Notes under the pieces: generated by a model | What the model saw: only the letters and a program-made list of their open reading frames with translations | Told to the model about the DNA's origin: nothing | Database searches by the model: none | Shown here: positions 19,078-27,817 of the stretch, piece by piece | How positions within the stretch are numbered: position 1 is the first letter of the stretch | Layout: every line of letters begins with the position of its first letter | Translations under genes and position numbers: made by a program | Assembly: GCA_964577395.1 (NCBI GenBank) | Contig: CAZNYQ010000006.1 | Coordinates: 7,155 to 71,154, forward strand | DNA: 64,000 nucleotides | Direction of reading: 5' to 3' | Source of the DNA: an uncultured Candidatus Saccharibacteria bacterium | GTDB lineage: Bacteria; Patescibacteriota; Minisyncoccia; JBAYJV01

Positions 19078-19236
19078 ATGGCACAGAAAAATTTAATAAA
19101 ATTAAAATGCAGCGAGTGTGGAAGGGTGAATTACCATACTCGGAAAAATAAAAAAACTATTCAAAAGAAAATAGAATTAAATAAATATTGTAAGTGGTGT
19201 AAAAAACATACTAAACACGTTGAAACGAAGAAGTAA
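19078..19236 (+). CDS. rpmG: 50S ribosomal protein L33 (52 aa; absent from the ORF track)
   Basis: Own translation: [52 protein letters not shown]; lies next to tRNA-Trp. Confidence 0.97.
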   Translation: MAQKNLIKLKCSECGRVNYHTRKNKKTIQKKIELNKYCKWCKKHTKHVETKK

Positions 19237-19240
19237 CAAA

Positions 19241-19395
19241 ATAAAAAAACTTTTACATCAAGGAAATTTTTAAGAGAGGTGGTCTAAATTATCTCTTATT
19301 GAGCAATTAGCTAATATTGGCAGTGAAGTTGGTCGGGCTAGTAAATGGTAGTATAAAGACGAAGAAAGATTTTGGGGAGCAGTTTTAGAAGGAAC
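19241..19395 (+). pseudogene. Degraded remnant of a small helical hypothetical protein
   Basis: Frame reads IKKLLHQGNF*ERWSKLSLIEQLANIGSEVGRASKW*YKDEERFWGAV; in-frame TAA (19271) and TAG (19349); ATA in place of ATG. Confidence 0.65.
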
Positions 19396-19479
19396 ATATT
19401 ATATACCTTTCTTAAAGATTTTATAAATATTTTCTTAATTTTGCTTATGCATCATGTTCAGGAAAGTAATTATATATAT

Positions 19480-19554
19480 AGGGGCGTAGCTCAATTTGGC
19501 TAGAGCACTGGTCTCCAAAACCAGCGGTTACAGGTTCGAGTCCTGTCGCCCCTG
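19480..19554 (+). tRNA. tRNA-Trp(CCA)
   Basis: Acceptor AGGGGCG/CGCCCCT, CTGGT-CT-CCA-AA-ACCAG, TTCGAGT. Confidence 0.97.
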
Positions 19555-19613
19555 AATTTGATTTAAGAGAAAATTATAATATAAAGAGCACATAACATAA
19601 GGAGGAGATCTTT

Positions 19614-19796
19614 GTGAATGCAAAAAAAGTGTTAAAGTTTCTTTATCTATTTTTGTGGTTTGGATCTATGAGTTTTGTGGCAGGATCTTGTTGCTTTGCT
19701 ATAAGTAAAAACACAATTATTTCTATTCTTGTTGGAGTTGTTATCTTTGCTTTTGCTGGAGGATTGTGTCTTTTCCCGTCCTCAAGCAACATATAG
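19614..19796 (+). CDS. Small two-TM membrane protein (60 aa)
   Basis: Strong SD aaggagg before GTG; two hydrophobic stretches; terminator follows. Confidence 0.7.
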   Translation: MNAKKVLKFLYLFLWFGSMSFVAGSCCFAISKNTIISILVGVVIFAFAGGLCLFPSSSNI

Positions 19797-19806
19797 AAAA
19801 TTGCAT

Positions 19807-19838
19807 AAAGTCTGTCTTAAATTTAGACAGACTTTTTT
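19807..19838 (+). terminator. Intrinsic terminator
   Basis: aaagtctgtct / agacagacttt stem and T-run. Confidence 0.8.
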
Positions 19839-19918
19839 AATAAGGCATGTATTTAATTACTATTGACATATTAATATAATTTTGTTATGTTTTAGTAAAA
19901 TTTGCTGTTTATTTATTT

Positions 19919-20230
19919 ATGTATAATTTTTTAAATTTATTAATTACGGCTTTAATCGGAACAAGTATCATAGTTAATGGAATTAATTTAAACCCTGAAG
20001 ATATTTTAGCTAAAACGAAAGTAGTTGTTAACGAAACAAATCTTCATCAGTTAAGAAATGCTTTAGAAATATATTATTTAGATAATCATTATTATCCTAT
20101 TACTGATTCAAGTTCAGAAATGATTTTAGACTTAGTTGATGCAGGTTATTTACAAAGCGTTCCAAGAAATTCTGATATTTTTTATTATCAATCCTTAGCT
20201 CAAGGACAAACATATACATTGTCAATTTAA
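19919..20230 (+). CDS. GspG/pilin-like protein without a class III signal peptide
   Basis: NLHQLRNALEIYYLDNHYYP and LVDAGYLQSVP resemble the pseudopilin head; no GFTLIE motif. Confidence 0.65.
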   Translation: MYNFLNLLITALIGTSIIVNGINLNPEDILAKTKVVVNETNLHQLRNALEIYYLDNHYYPITDSSSEMILDLVDAGYLQSVPRNSDIFYYQSLAQGQTYTLSI

Positions 20231-20247
20231 AATATTCCTTGACATTT

Positions 20248-20278
20248 AAAAACTCTCTTATCAAAGAGAGTTTTTTTT
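20248..20278 (+). terminator. Intrinsic terminator
   Basis: aaaaactctctt / aagagagttttt stem and T-run. Confidence 0.75.
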
Positions 20279-20308
20279 GTTAAAATGTAAATATATTAAT
20301 TTAAATTT

Positions 20309-21127
20309 ATGACAACGGAAATTTTTAAGAATCATCAAGCCTTTTTAATGTTGGCTTTAGATCATAGAAATAGTTTGCATCATATGCTTAATGCTAAGAA
20401 ACCTGAAGAAGTTTCTCAAGCAGCAATAGTAAATTTTAAAAAAGAAGTTATTGAAAGTTTAGCAAATCAATTTAGCGGTATTTTATTAGATCCGACATTT
20501 GGATTAAAAGCTTATCAGCAAGTGTCAAAAGGAGTGGAAAAACCTTATCTTCTAAGTATTGAAAAATCAGGTTATCAAAATAATAAGACAGGCCCTCAAA
20601 CAGAACTTGCTTTTACAGGAGAGGAACTTAAAAAATTAGGCGCTAGCGGTATTAAATTATTATTACCTATTGATATTCCTAAACCTTCTTTAGCACATCA
20701 GCTTAAAATTGCCAAAAAAGCTTTCCAAGAATCTCAAAAAGTTAATTTGCCGCTTTTTTTAGAAATTATTATTCCACTAAAAGTTAAAAAAGAGAGCATT
20801 TTAGATATTTTAAAAATATTTTTAAAAGAGAATATTCATCCGGCTGTTTTTAAGTTAGAGTATCCTGGCAATGCTTTTGCTTGTCGTAAGATTAAAAGAA
20901 TCATTGATCCAATTCCTTGGATTTTATTAACTCGCGGTAAAAAATTTAAAACTTTCCGGAGTGAGTTAGAAGAAGCTATTAAACAAGGGGCTGCTGGGTT
21001 TTTGGCAGGGAGAGCGCTTTGGCAAGAAGGAGTAAACTTAAAAGGAGTGCGAAGACAAGAATTTTTTTCTAAAACTTTGCCGAGAAGATTTGATGTCTTA
21101 AGTCAAATCGTTCTTAAACAAATTTAA
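20309..21127 (+). CDS. Class I aldolase, LacD (tagatose-1,6-bisphosphate aldolase)-like
   Basis: MLALDHRNSL, SGILLDPTFG, VFKLEYP (Schiff-base Lys), GFLAGRALW. Confidence 0.85.
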   Translation: MTTEIFKNHQAFLMLALDHRNSLHHMLNAKKPEEVSQAAIVNFKKEVIESLANQFSGILLDPTFGLKAYQQVSKGVEKPYLLSIEKSGYQNNKTGPQTELAFTGEELKKLGASGIKLLLPIDIPKPSLAHQLKIAKKAFQESQKVNLPLFLEIIIPLKVKKESILDILKIFLKENIHPAVFKLEYPGNAFACRKIKRIIDPIPWILLTRGKKFKTFRSELEEAIKQGAAGFLAGRALWQEGVNLKGVRRQEFFSKTLPRRFDVLSQIVLKQI

Positions 21128-21143
21128 AATATGTTTTAAAAAT

Positions 21144-21929
21144 ATGCGTTTAAAAAACAAAGTAGCTATTATTACAGGGGGTAGCACTGGCATTGGTCAA
21201 GCTACCGCTAAGCTCTTTGCTCTAGAAGGAGCAAAAGTGGCAATTTGCGATATTAATGACGAAGATGGTCAAAATTGTGTTAAGGTAATTAATCAAAATG
21301 ACGAACAAGCCGCTTATTGGCATCTTGATGTTTCTCAAGCAGGTGAAGTAGCGCGAGTTTTTCAAGAAATTAAAGATAAATTTGGTAAGATTGATATCTT
21401 ATTTAACAATGCAGGTATTTCTGGTGTCAATAAACCAACCCATGAAATTGAAGCTCAAGATTGGTTAAAAGTTCTTGATATTAATTTAAATGGTGTTTTC
21501 TATTGTGAGAAAGAGGCTTTAAAACATATGCTCGCTAATGAACCAGATCCTCAAACGAAGCAAAGGGGTAGTATTATTATCAACTCTTCTATTTATGGTA
21601 TAGTAGGAGGACCTGATGTGCCTCCCTATCATGCCTCTAAAGGAGCAGTGAGATTGTTAGCTAAAACTGATGCTAATATTTATGCAAAAAAAGGTATTCG
21701 AGTTAACTCAATTCATCCGGGATATATTCTAACTCCTATGGTTGAAAATCATCTTAAGAGTAGCCCGGATCCTGTAAAAGCCAAGGAAGCTGTTGCATCT
21801 CTACATCCTCTTGGACATATGGGAGAACCTAATGATATTGCTTTTGGAGCTCTCTATTTAGCGTCTGATGAGGCAAAGTTTGTGACAGGAACAGAATTAG
21901 TTATTGATGGCGGTTATACGTCTCATTAA
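21144..21929 (+). CDS. Short-chain dehydrogenase/reductase
   Basis: TGGSTGIG, NNAG, YHASK, IRVNSIHPG, DGGY. Confidence 0.95.
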   Translation: MRLKNKVAIITGGSTGIGQATAKLFALEGAKVAICDINDEDGQNCVKVINQNDEQAAYWHLDVSQAGEVARVFQEIKDKFGKIDILFNNAGISGVNKPTHEIEAQDWLKVLDINLNGVFYCEKEALKHMLANEPDPQTKQRGSIIINSSIYGIVGGPDVPPYHASKGAVRLLAKTDANIYAKKGIRVNSIHPGYILTPMVENHLKSSPDPVKAKEAVASLHPLGHMGEPNDIAFGALYLASDEAKFVTGTELVIDGGYTSH

Positions 21930-21986
21930 AAAATTATTAATATTTTAACATCATTTTTTTATTTATTTTGTAATTAATATATTTTT

Positions 21987-23204
21987 ATGGGTCCTAAAAA
22001 AAATTTGAAAGATTATCGTCAAATAGTAGGAGATGAAATTATTGAAGAAATTTATACTAAGGCTAGGCGAATTGCAGATAAACATATTGTTGCTATTTCT
22101 TCTACTTATCAAGGAGGTGGAGTAGCTGAAATAATGAATAGCATTGTTTTTTTATTTAACGAAATAGGTATCGATTTTGGCTGGCGCATTTTACATGGAA
22201 CAACTGATTTTTTTAGTATCACTAAGAAATTTCATAATGCCTTACAAGGAGAAGAAATTCACTTAACAGAGATGAAAAAGAAAATTTATCAAGAAACTAA
22301 TCGGCGCTTTTCTCTTTTTACTCATCTGCATCATGACTTAGTGATCGTCCATGATCCTCAGCCACTTCCTCTAATAGATTTTTATCCTAATAAAAAACAG
22401 CCATGGATTTTTAGATGTCATGTTGATCTTTCAAAACCTAATAAAAAAGCATGGAATTATCTTAAAGGATTTATTGAAAAATATGATCATTTTGTCGTAT
22501 CACGTGATGAGTACCGTCAAAAATTACCTATTCAACAAACTATTATTCGTCCGGCTACGGATCCTTTATCTCCCAAGAACGAAGCATTATCTCAAGATAA
22601 AATAGAGAATTATTTAGATAAATTTGGTATTAAACAAGATAAACCATTAATTGCTCAAGTATCTCGTTTTGATGCATGGAAAGATCCTGAAGGAGTCTTA
22701 GAAATTTTTGAAAAAGTTAGAAAAAAAGTTGATTGTCGCTTAGCACTTTTAGGATCTTTAGCACCTGATGATCCTGAAGGACAAGCAACATACAAACGAA
22801 TTGAAGCAAAAGTTTCGCAAAGCAAATATAAATCAGATATTTATCTTCTTTTAGTTGATAATGATATTTTAGTAAATTGTCTACAGCGTTTTTCAGATGT
22901 TATTATTCAAAAATCTCGCAAAGAAGGTTTTGGCCTAACAGTTACCGAAGCTTTATATAAAGGAACACCAGTTGTTGCTTCAAGAGTAGGTGGTATTCCT
23001 TTGCAAGTTGTTAATGATTTCAATGGATATTTGCATGAACCTGATGATGTCGAAGGATTTTCCGAAAGTGTCATTAAAATTTTAAAAGATAAAAAGCTAC
23101 GTCAAAAATTAGGAAAAAATGGCCGTAAACATGTTATTAATAATTTTCTTATTACTCGTTTAATGAATGATTGGTTGGATTTATTTGAAAATTATTTAAA
23201 TTAA
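21987..23204 (+). CDS. treT: GT4 glycosyltransferase, trehalose synthase TreT-like
   Basis: STYQGGGVAEI, TKKFHNALQG, HDPQP, RCHVDLS, QVSRFDAWKDP, QKSRKEGFGLTVTEA. Confidence 0.85.
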   Translation: MGPKKNLKDYRQIVGDEIIEEIYTKARRIADKHIVAISSTYQGGGVAEIMNSIVFLFNEIGIDFGWRILHGTTDFFSITKKFHNALQGEEIHLTEMKKKIYQETNRRFSLFTHLHHDLVIVHDPQPLPLIDFYPNKKQPWIFRCHVDLSKPNKKAWNYLKGFIEKYDHFVVSRDEYRQKLPIQQTIIRPATDPLSPKNEALSQDKIENYLDKFGIKQDKPLIAQVSRFDAWKDPEGVLEIFEKVRKKVDCRLALLGSLAPDDPEGQATYKRIEAKVSQSKYKSDIYLLLVDNDILVNCLQRFSDVIIQKSRKEGFGLTVTEALYKGTPVVASRVGGIPLQVVNDFNGYLHEPDDVEGFSESVIKILKDKKLRQKLGKNGRKHVINNFLITRLMNDWLDLFENYLN

Positions 23205-23206
23205 AA

Positions 23207-23232
23207 TACCCCGTATAGCTTTATACGGGGTA
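23207..23232. terminator. Hairpin between convergent genes
   Basis: taccccgtata-gctt-tatacggggta. Confidence 0.75.
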
Positions 23233-23238
23233 ATGCAT

Positions 23239-23589
23239 TTATTTGTGAGCCGGGACTTCTCGAGAGAATGTAGGTTTTGGATCAGATTCTTCAACGAATT
23301 TTATATCGCTGATGTTCATTAAGTTTTTTTCTAGGAACTGTCGCAGTTTTTCACTGCTTGTCGGAATGCTAAGATAAAAACAGCTGCCTTGTCTTTTTCC
23401 TAATTTAATATAATGTGCCTCAGTTTTTTCTCCATTAATATTTAAGTAAATCTTTTTTTTCTTTACTTCACAATGATGAGGATTGATTCCAAACTTTTTT
23501 TCTAATTCTTGAATAAAACTTTGGGCATCTTGACAGCTCCCTATAAATATTGGTCCCCTCTTAGCCTTAGTATGAATGTGTACTTTCAC
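23239..23589 (-). CDS. Hypothetical protein (116 aa)
   Basis: GTG start after aaggag; stop abuts the shared hairpin. Confidence 0.65.
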   Translation of the reverse strand: MKVHIHTKAKRGPIFIGSCQDAQSFIQELEKKFGINPHHCEVKKKKIYLNINGEKTEAHYIKLGKRQGSCFYLSIPTSSEKLRQFLEKNLMNISDIKFVEESDPKPTFSREVPAHK

Positions 23590-23759
23590 TTTTTCACACT
23601 CCTTTTTTTGTTTTGTTATACTTTAACAAAAAAAGAAAGGAGAAGATCGAATTCTTGAATTATTAATAACACACCTCCTTTAATGCATTAATCTATAAAT
23701 ATATTATATAATATATTTTTTTATTTGCAATACCCGAAATTTTAAAAGGAGGTTTTCTA

Positions 23760-23788
23760 TTGCTTTATTAAACTATTTATGTTATAAT
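23760..23788 (+). promoter_or_regulatory. Sigma70-type promoter with extended -10
   Basis: TTGCTT - 17 nt - TATAAT, preceded by TG. Confidence 0.7.
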
Positions 23789-23818
23789 ATAAGTATTCTA
23801 GTTTACGAAGGAGATGTG

Positions 23819-23920
23819 ATGGAAAAAGGTTTTGTAATAGGATTATTGATAATTGGTGCAGTCTTTATATTCTTTAAGACTTGGGATAATAAACATGGGA
23901 ATAGCAAGGTGTACAGTTGA
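23819..23920 (+). CDS. 33-aa single-TM peptide (absent from the ORF track)
   Basis: MEKGFVIGLLIIGAVFIFFKTWDNKHGNSKVYS; SD aaggag at 23808-23813; own promoter and terminator. Confidence 0.65.
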   Translation: MEKGFVIGLLIIGAVFIFFKTWDNKHGNSKVYS

Positions 23921-23928
23921 AGTTCTTT

Positions 23929-23956
23929 AAGAGAGCGTAAAGACGCTCTCTTTTTT
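23929..23956 (+). terminator. Intrinsic terminator
   Basis: aagagagcgt-aaag-acgctctctt and T-run. Confidence 0.8.
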
Positions 23957-24122
23957 ATTCATGAAGTTATTGTAATGTTAAAAATTATCAATAAAAAATT
24001 TATGAGAAGTACTTTTAAGATATAAATTAAAAATATTTAGATTTTTTTAAAGCATTTTTAGATGCTTGTTTTTAAATCTATCATTCGTTATTATAAAAGT
24101 ATAGAGAAAATTTTTATTCAAT

Positions 24123-25097
24123 ATGACAAAATTACCTAAAGTATCTATTATTATTGTTAATTATCAAGGCTGGCAAGAGACTGTTGAATGTCTTAAAAGC
24201 TTAGAAAAATTGAATTATGATAATTTTAAGGTTTTTGTGGTTGATAATCATTCTCCTAATGGTTCTTTTAAAAAAATTAATAGTTTTTTAAAAAAGTTTT
24301 TTATAACTCATCCTCGCTTTAAAGTTGACTTGATAGCGTCTCATAAAAACCTTGGCTTTGCAGGAGGAAATAATTTAGGCATCAAAAAAGCTCAAGCATG
24401 GGAAAGCCAATATTTTCTTCTTTTAAATCCTGATACAAGAGTTACGCCTAATTTTTTAAATATTTTAGTTGATGTAGCGCAAAAACCTAATAGATTTCCT
24501 CACCTGAAGAAATATTTTGACGAAGGTAAAAGAGTTGGATTTTTAGGGCCTAGAATTTTCTATACCGATAAAAAAACAGTTTATTCTAATGGGGGAATTA
24601 TTAATAAAACGCTTACCCAAGCTATTCTTAAGGATCATGGGAGAAAACGGCACCAATTAATAAAACAACAAGATCCTTTTATAACAGACTATATTACAGG
24701 CACGGCACTTTTTTTTAGTCAAGAAATTTTAAAAGATATAGGATTAATGCAAGAAAACTATTTTCTCTATTACGAGGACTCCGATTGGGCGGTTAAAGCT
24801 TCCCAAAAAGGATATTTTCACCTTCTTGTTCCCAATGCTGTTATTTACCATAAAGGATATCACTCGACAAAACATTTATCATTCCAATATATATATTATT
24901 TAACACGTAATGGATATTATTTAGCTTGGAATAATGGTAAATTGGCACATAAAATTTTTGTTATCTTTTTGTCGATTTGTAAATTTTTAAAACAACCTCT
25001 TAAATGGTTTATTTACCTATCTAAAAGAAAATGGATTAAACCTATTTTAAAAGCAACTTGGGATTTCTGGAGAGGCAAGAAAGGTAAGTTATCATGA
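24123..25097 (+). CDS. GT2 glycosyltransferase
   Basis: VSIIIVNY, VVDNHS, NLGFAGGNNLG, LLNPD, YFLYYEDSDW. Confidence 0.93.
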   Translation: MTKLPKVSIIIVNYQGWQETVECLKSLEKLNYDNFKVFVVDNHSPNGSFKKINSFLKKFFITHPRFKVDLIASHKNLGFAGGNNLGIKKAQAWESQYFLLLNPDTRVTPNFLNILVDVAQKPNRFPHLKKYFDEGKRVGFLGPRIFYTDKKTVYSNGGIINKTLTQAILKDHGRKRHQLIKQQDPFITDYITGTALFFSQEILKDIGLMQENYFLYYEDSDWAVKASQKGYFHLLVPNAVIYHKGYHSTKHLSFQYIYYLTRNGYYLAWNNGKLAHKIFVIFLSICKFLKQPLKWFIYLSKRKWIKPILKATWDFWRGKKGKLS

Positions 25098-26227
25098 AAA
25101 TAGGAATTGACTGTCATCATTTTAAAGATCAAAAAGGCATTGAAAGATACCTTTTTAATTTATTGACTTTTTGGAAAAAAGAAAAAAAGATTAATTTTAT
25201 TTTATATTTTCAAAAAGGCGATCAATCAGTTAAAAGAATACCTCAGTCGGATAACTTTTTTATTCGAGAGCTTAAAAATCCTTTTAATATTTCCAGCACA
25301 GCTCTTTTTCAACATTTCACTCTTCCGCGAGCTGCACAGCAAGATCACTTAGATATATTTTTTTCTCCTTCTTATCTTTTGCCCTTTTTTTATATTGGAA
25401 AAACAGCTTTAACTATTCATGATATAATTTATGAAGCGCATCCAGCATGGTTTAATTTTAGAAGTTTTAGAGATAAAATTTTAATTAAAAAAATGGGGAA
25501 AATTTCGGCTCAAAAAACTGATCTTATTCTAGTACCTTCCCAATTTACTAAAAAAGAAATTCAAAAGTTTTATAATATTGATGCTTCTAAAATTAAAGTT
25601 GTTCCATTGGCAGCTGATAAAATATTTTTAAATGCTCAAAAGAAAAAAATTTTATATAAAAAATATAATTTAAAAGAAAAATTTTTTATTTTTTCTGCTG
25701 CCTTATTTCAAAGACGTTGCCTTCATGAAAGTATCTTTGCTTTTAAAGAAATAGCACAAGAATTTTCTGATTATCAATATTTAATTATAGGGAAAGATTT
25801 TACTAATTTAGGTAATGTTCGACAATTAACTAATAATTTAAATAAACAGCTTAAAAGAGATGCTTTTATATATATAGATCATTTTATAGATGTTAAAGAA
25901 TTGGCTTCTCTATATAAAACTGCTCACGCTGTTATTTACCTATCTCTTTACGAGGGTTTTGGATTGCCTGTCATTGAAGCTATGGCATCGGCCACACCAG
26001 TTATCTGTGGTAATGCGCAAGCTTTAGCTGAAATAGTGCAAAGTCATTGTTTTTGGGTTAAAAATCCTAAAAACATTAAACAAATTAGTCGCATGATGCA
26101 GCAATCTATTCAAAAATCTGCTAAGTATAAGAAAAATCAGAAAGAAGGTTTTTTAAAAGCTCAAGAATTTTCTTGGCGATTAACTGCTCAAAAAACATTA
26201 ACATTAATTAAAGAATGCCTTAAATAA
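25094..26227 (+). CDS. GT4 glycosyltransferase
   Basis: MKIGID, LTIHD, SLYEGFGLPVIEAMAS, FSW. Confidence 0.93.
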   Translation: MKIGIDCHHFKDQKGIERYLFNLLTFWKKEKKINFILYFQKGDQSVKRIPQSDNFFIRELKNPFNISSTALFQHFTLPRAAQQDHLDIFFSPSYLLPFFYIGKTALTIHDIIYEAHPAWFNFRSFRDKILIKKMGKISAQKTDLILVPSQFTKKEIQKFYNIDASKIKVVPLAADKIFLNAQKKKILYKKYNLKEKFFIFSAALFQRRCLHESIFAFKEIAQEFSDYQYLIIGKDFTNLGNVRQLTNNLNKQLKRDAFIYIDHFIDVKELASLYKTAHAVIYLSLYEGFGLPVIEAMASATPVICGNAQALAEIVQSHCFWVKNPKNIKQISRMMQQSIQKSAKYKKNQKEGFLKAQEFSWRLTAQKTLTLIKECLK

Positions 26228-26230
26228 TTT

Positions 26231-27817
26231 ATGTCTTTTTTAAGGAAGAAAATTTATTGCCATCCTCTATATCTTTTATATATATTTCAGCTGATTATCA
26301 TTGGTGGGGTTATTTTTCATACCTTACCTCGAGAAATCATTTTAAGTTTAGCTTTTCTAATTTTACTTTTTTTAAGCTTAACAAAATTAAAAGATGCCCT
26401 TTTTTTCTTTTTGGCCTCTGTTCCTTTCTTTGTAGCGTTACCAATTACTAATATTTTTGATTCTTTAAATATTTGGCGTCTTGCTATTTTAGTGCTTTTA
26501 GGAAGATTTATTTTTCAAAGGTTTCCTTTGAAAATATGGTTGCATGGTGATTTTCTAAAAACCTTACCTAAAAGAATTTGGCAAAGATTAAGAAGAAATA
26601 AAATAGAATTTTGGACAGTGGTTTATCTTGCAATTAGCTTGTTATCTATTTTAAAAGCCCAAGATAAAATAGCTGCTTTAAAAAGATTAATTTATATAGC
26701 GCAAATGATATCAGTTTATCCTTTAGCTAGAGGCTTACTTAAAAAAGAAAAAGACCTAAAAAAAGCAGTTAAATTTATTTTAATTTCTAGTTTATTAGTT
26801 TTAATTATTGGATTAGCTCAATTAGCTTTTAGTTATGTAACGAGCTTAGATTATTTTTGGGGATGGTGGGCTTGGCGAGTAGAAGTTACATTATATGGTA
26901 AAAATTTAGCTAATATTGTCTCTCGTGCTAATACTTGGTTTTCCTATTACGGAGGATCTTTTCCTCGCCTGAGATCTTTTGGAACTTTTACAGATTCTCA
27001 TTCCTTTGCCCTCTATTTATTATTGGCAAGTCCTCTTCTGTTATGGCTAGGATTAAAAGATTACTTAGAAAAACGAAAAATTAGTTTAAGAAGTTTTCTT
27101 TTAAGCATTGCTTTTATTTTAATGCAATTTCTAGTTGTTTTATCAGGCACAAGAGGAATTTGGATTAGCGTTATTAGTGCTTTGGGAGTTGCCTTATATT
27201 TTCTTTTAAAAAGATTAAAGCCCTTTTTAGTAAGATATATTTTGGGTGCTTTAGGTGTGTTTATTATTTTACTTCCTTTATCATCATTTCTTTTATCAAT
27301 TCCTCAATTTTCTATGCCCTCAAGTAGAAGTGGCGGAGCTTTAACAATGAGACGTTTCCAAAGCATCATCGATTTTAATGAAATTTCTAATCAAGGACGT
27401 CTCTTCATTTGGCAAGAAAGCTTAAAATCAATAGCCAAAAATCCTCTTTTAGGCGTAGGAATTGGTAATTTTCCTGTCATTTTAGAACAGGATGTTTTAT
27501 TGCAAGAAGCTGGTTCAACGGCTCATAATATTTATTTAAATGCTGGTGTTGAAATGGGTATTTTTGGTATTTTAGCGTTAGGAATGGTTTTTTATCATAT
27601 TTTTAAAAAGGGCTATCTTTTTATTAAAGTTCGCGCAAAAAATCATTTTTATTACTTACCAATTCTTTTAGGTTTTTATTTCCTTTGGATAGCAGTTTAT
27701 TCCTTATTTGACATTGCTATTTTTGATGCTCGCGTTATGATAATTTTTGTAACCCTCATCGCAGCTTTAAATGTTCTCTCTAAGAAATATTTAGATGAAA
27801 AAATCAACATTACCTAA
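26231..27817 (+). CDS. O-antigen ligase/Wzy_C family polytopic membrane protein
   Basis: Many TM helices; LSGTRG, RLFIW, PLLGVGIGNF, AHNIYL. Confidence 0.9.
   Translation: MSFLRKKIYCHPLYLLYIFQLIIIGGVIFHTLPREIILSLAFLILLFLSLTKLKDALFFFLASVPFFVALPITNIFDSLNIWRLAILVLLGRFIFQRFPLKIWLHGDFLKTLPKRIWQRLRRNKIEFWTVVYLAISLLSILKAQDKIAALKRLIYIAQMISVYPLARGLLKKEKDLKKAVKFILISSLLVLIIGLAQLAFSYVTSLDYFWGWWAWRVEVTLYGKNLANIVSRANTWFSYYGGSFPRLRSFGTFTDSHSFALYLLLASPLLLWLGLKDYLEKRKISLRSFLLSIAFILMQFLVVLSGTRGIWISVISALGVALYFLLKRLKPFLVRYILGALGVFIILLPLSSFLLSIPQFSMPSSRSGGALTMRRFQSIIDFNEISNQGRLFIWQESLKSIAKNPLLGVGIGNFPVILEQDVLLQEAGSTAHNIYLNAGVEMGIFGILALGMVFYHIFKKGYLFIKVRAKNHFYYLPILLGFYFLWIAVYSLFDIAIFDARVMIIFVTLIAALNVLSKKYLDEKINIT

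Noticed and set aside
19241-19554. Stop-codon reassignment to explain in-frame stops
   Set aside because: The stops are TAA and TAG, all three stop codons end normal genes here, and tRNA-Trp has a CCA anticodon
19614-19796. secE, by position after tRNA-Trp
   Set aside because: Lacks the conserved ELxKVxWP motif and nusG does not follow
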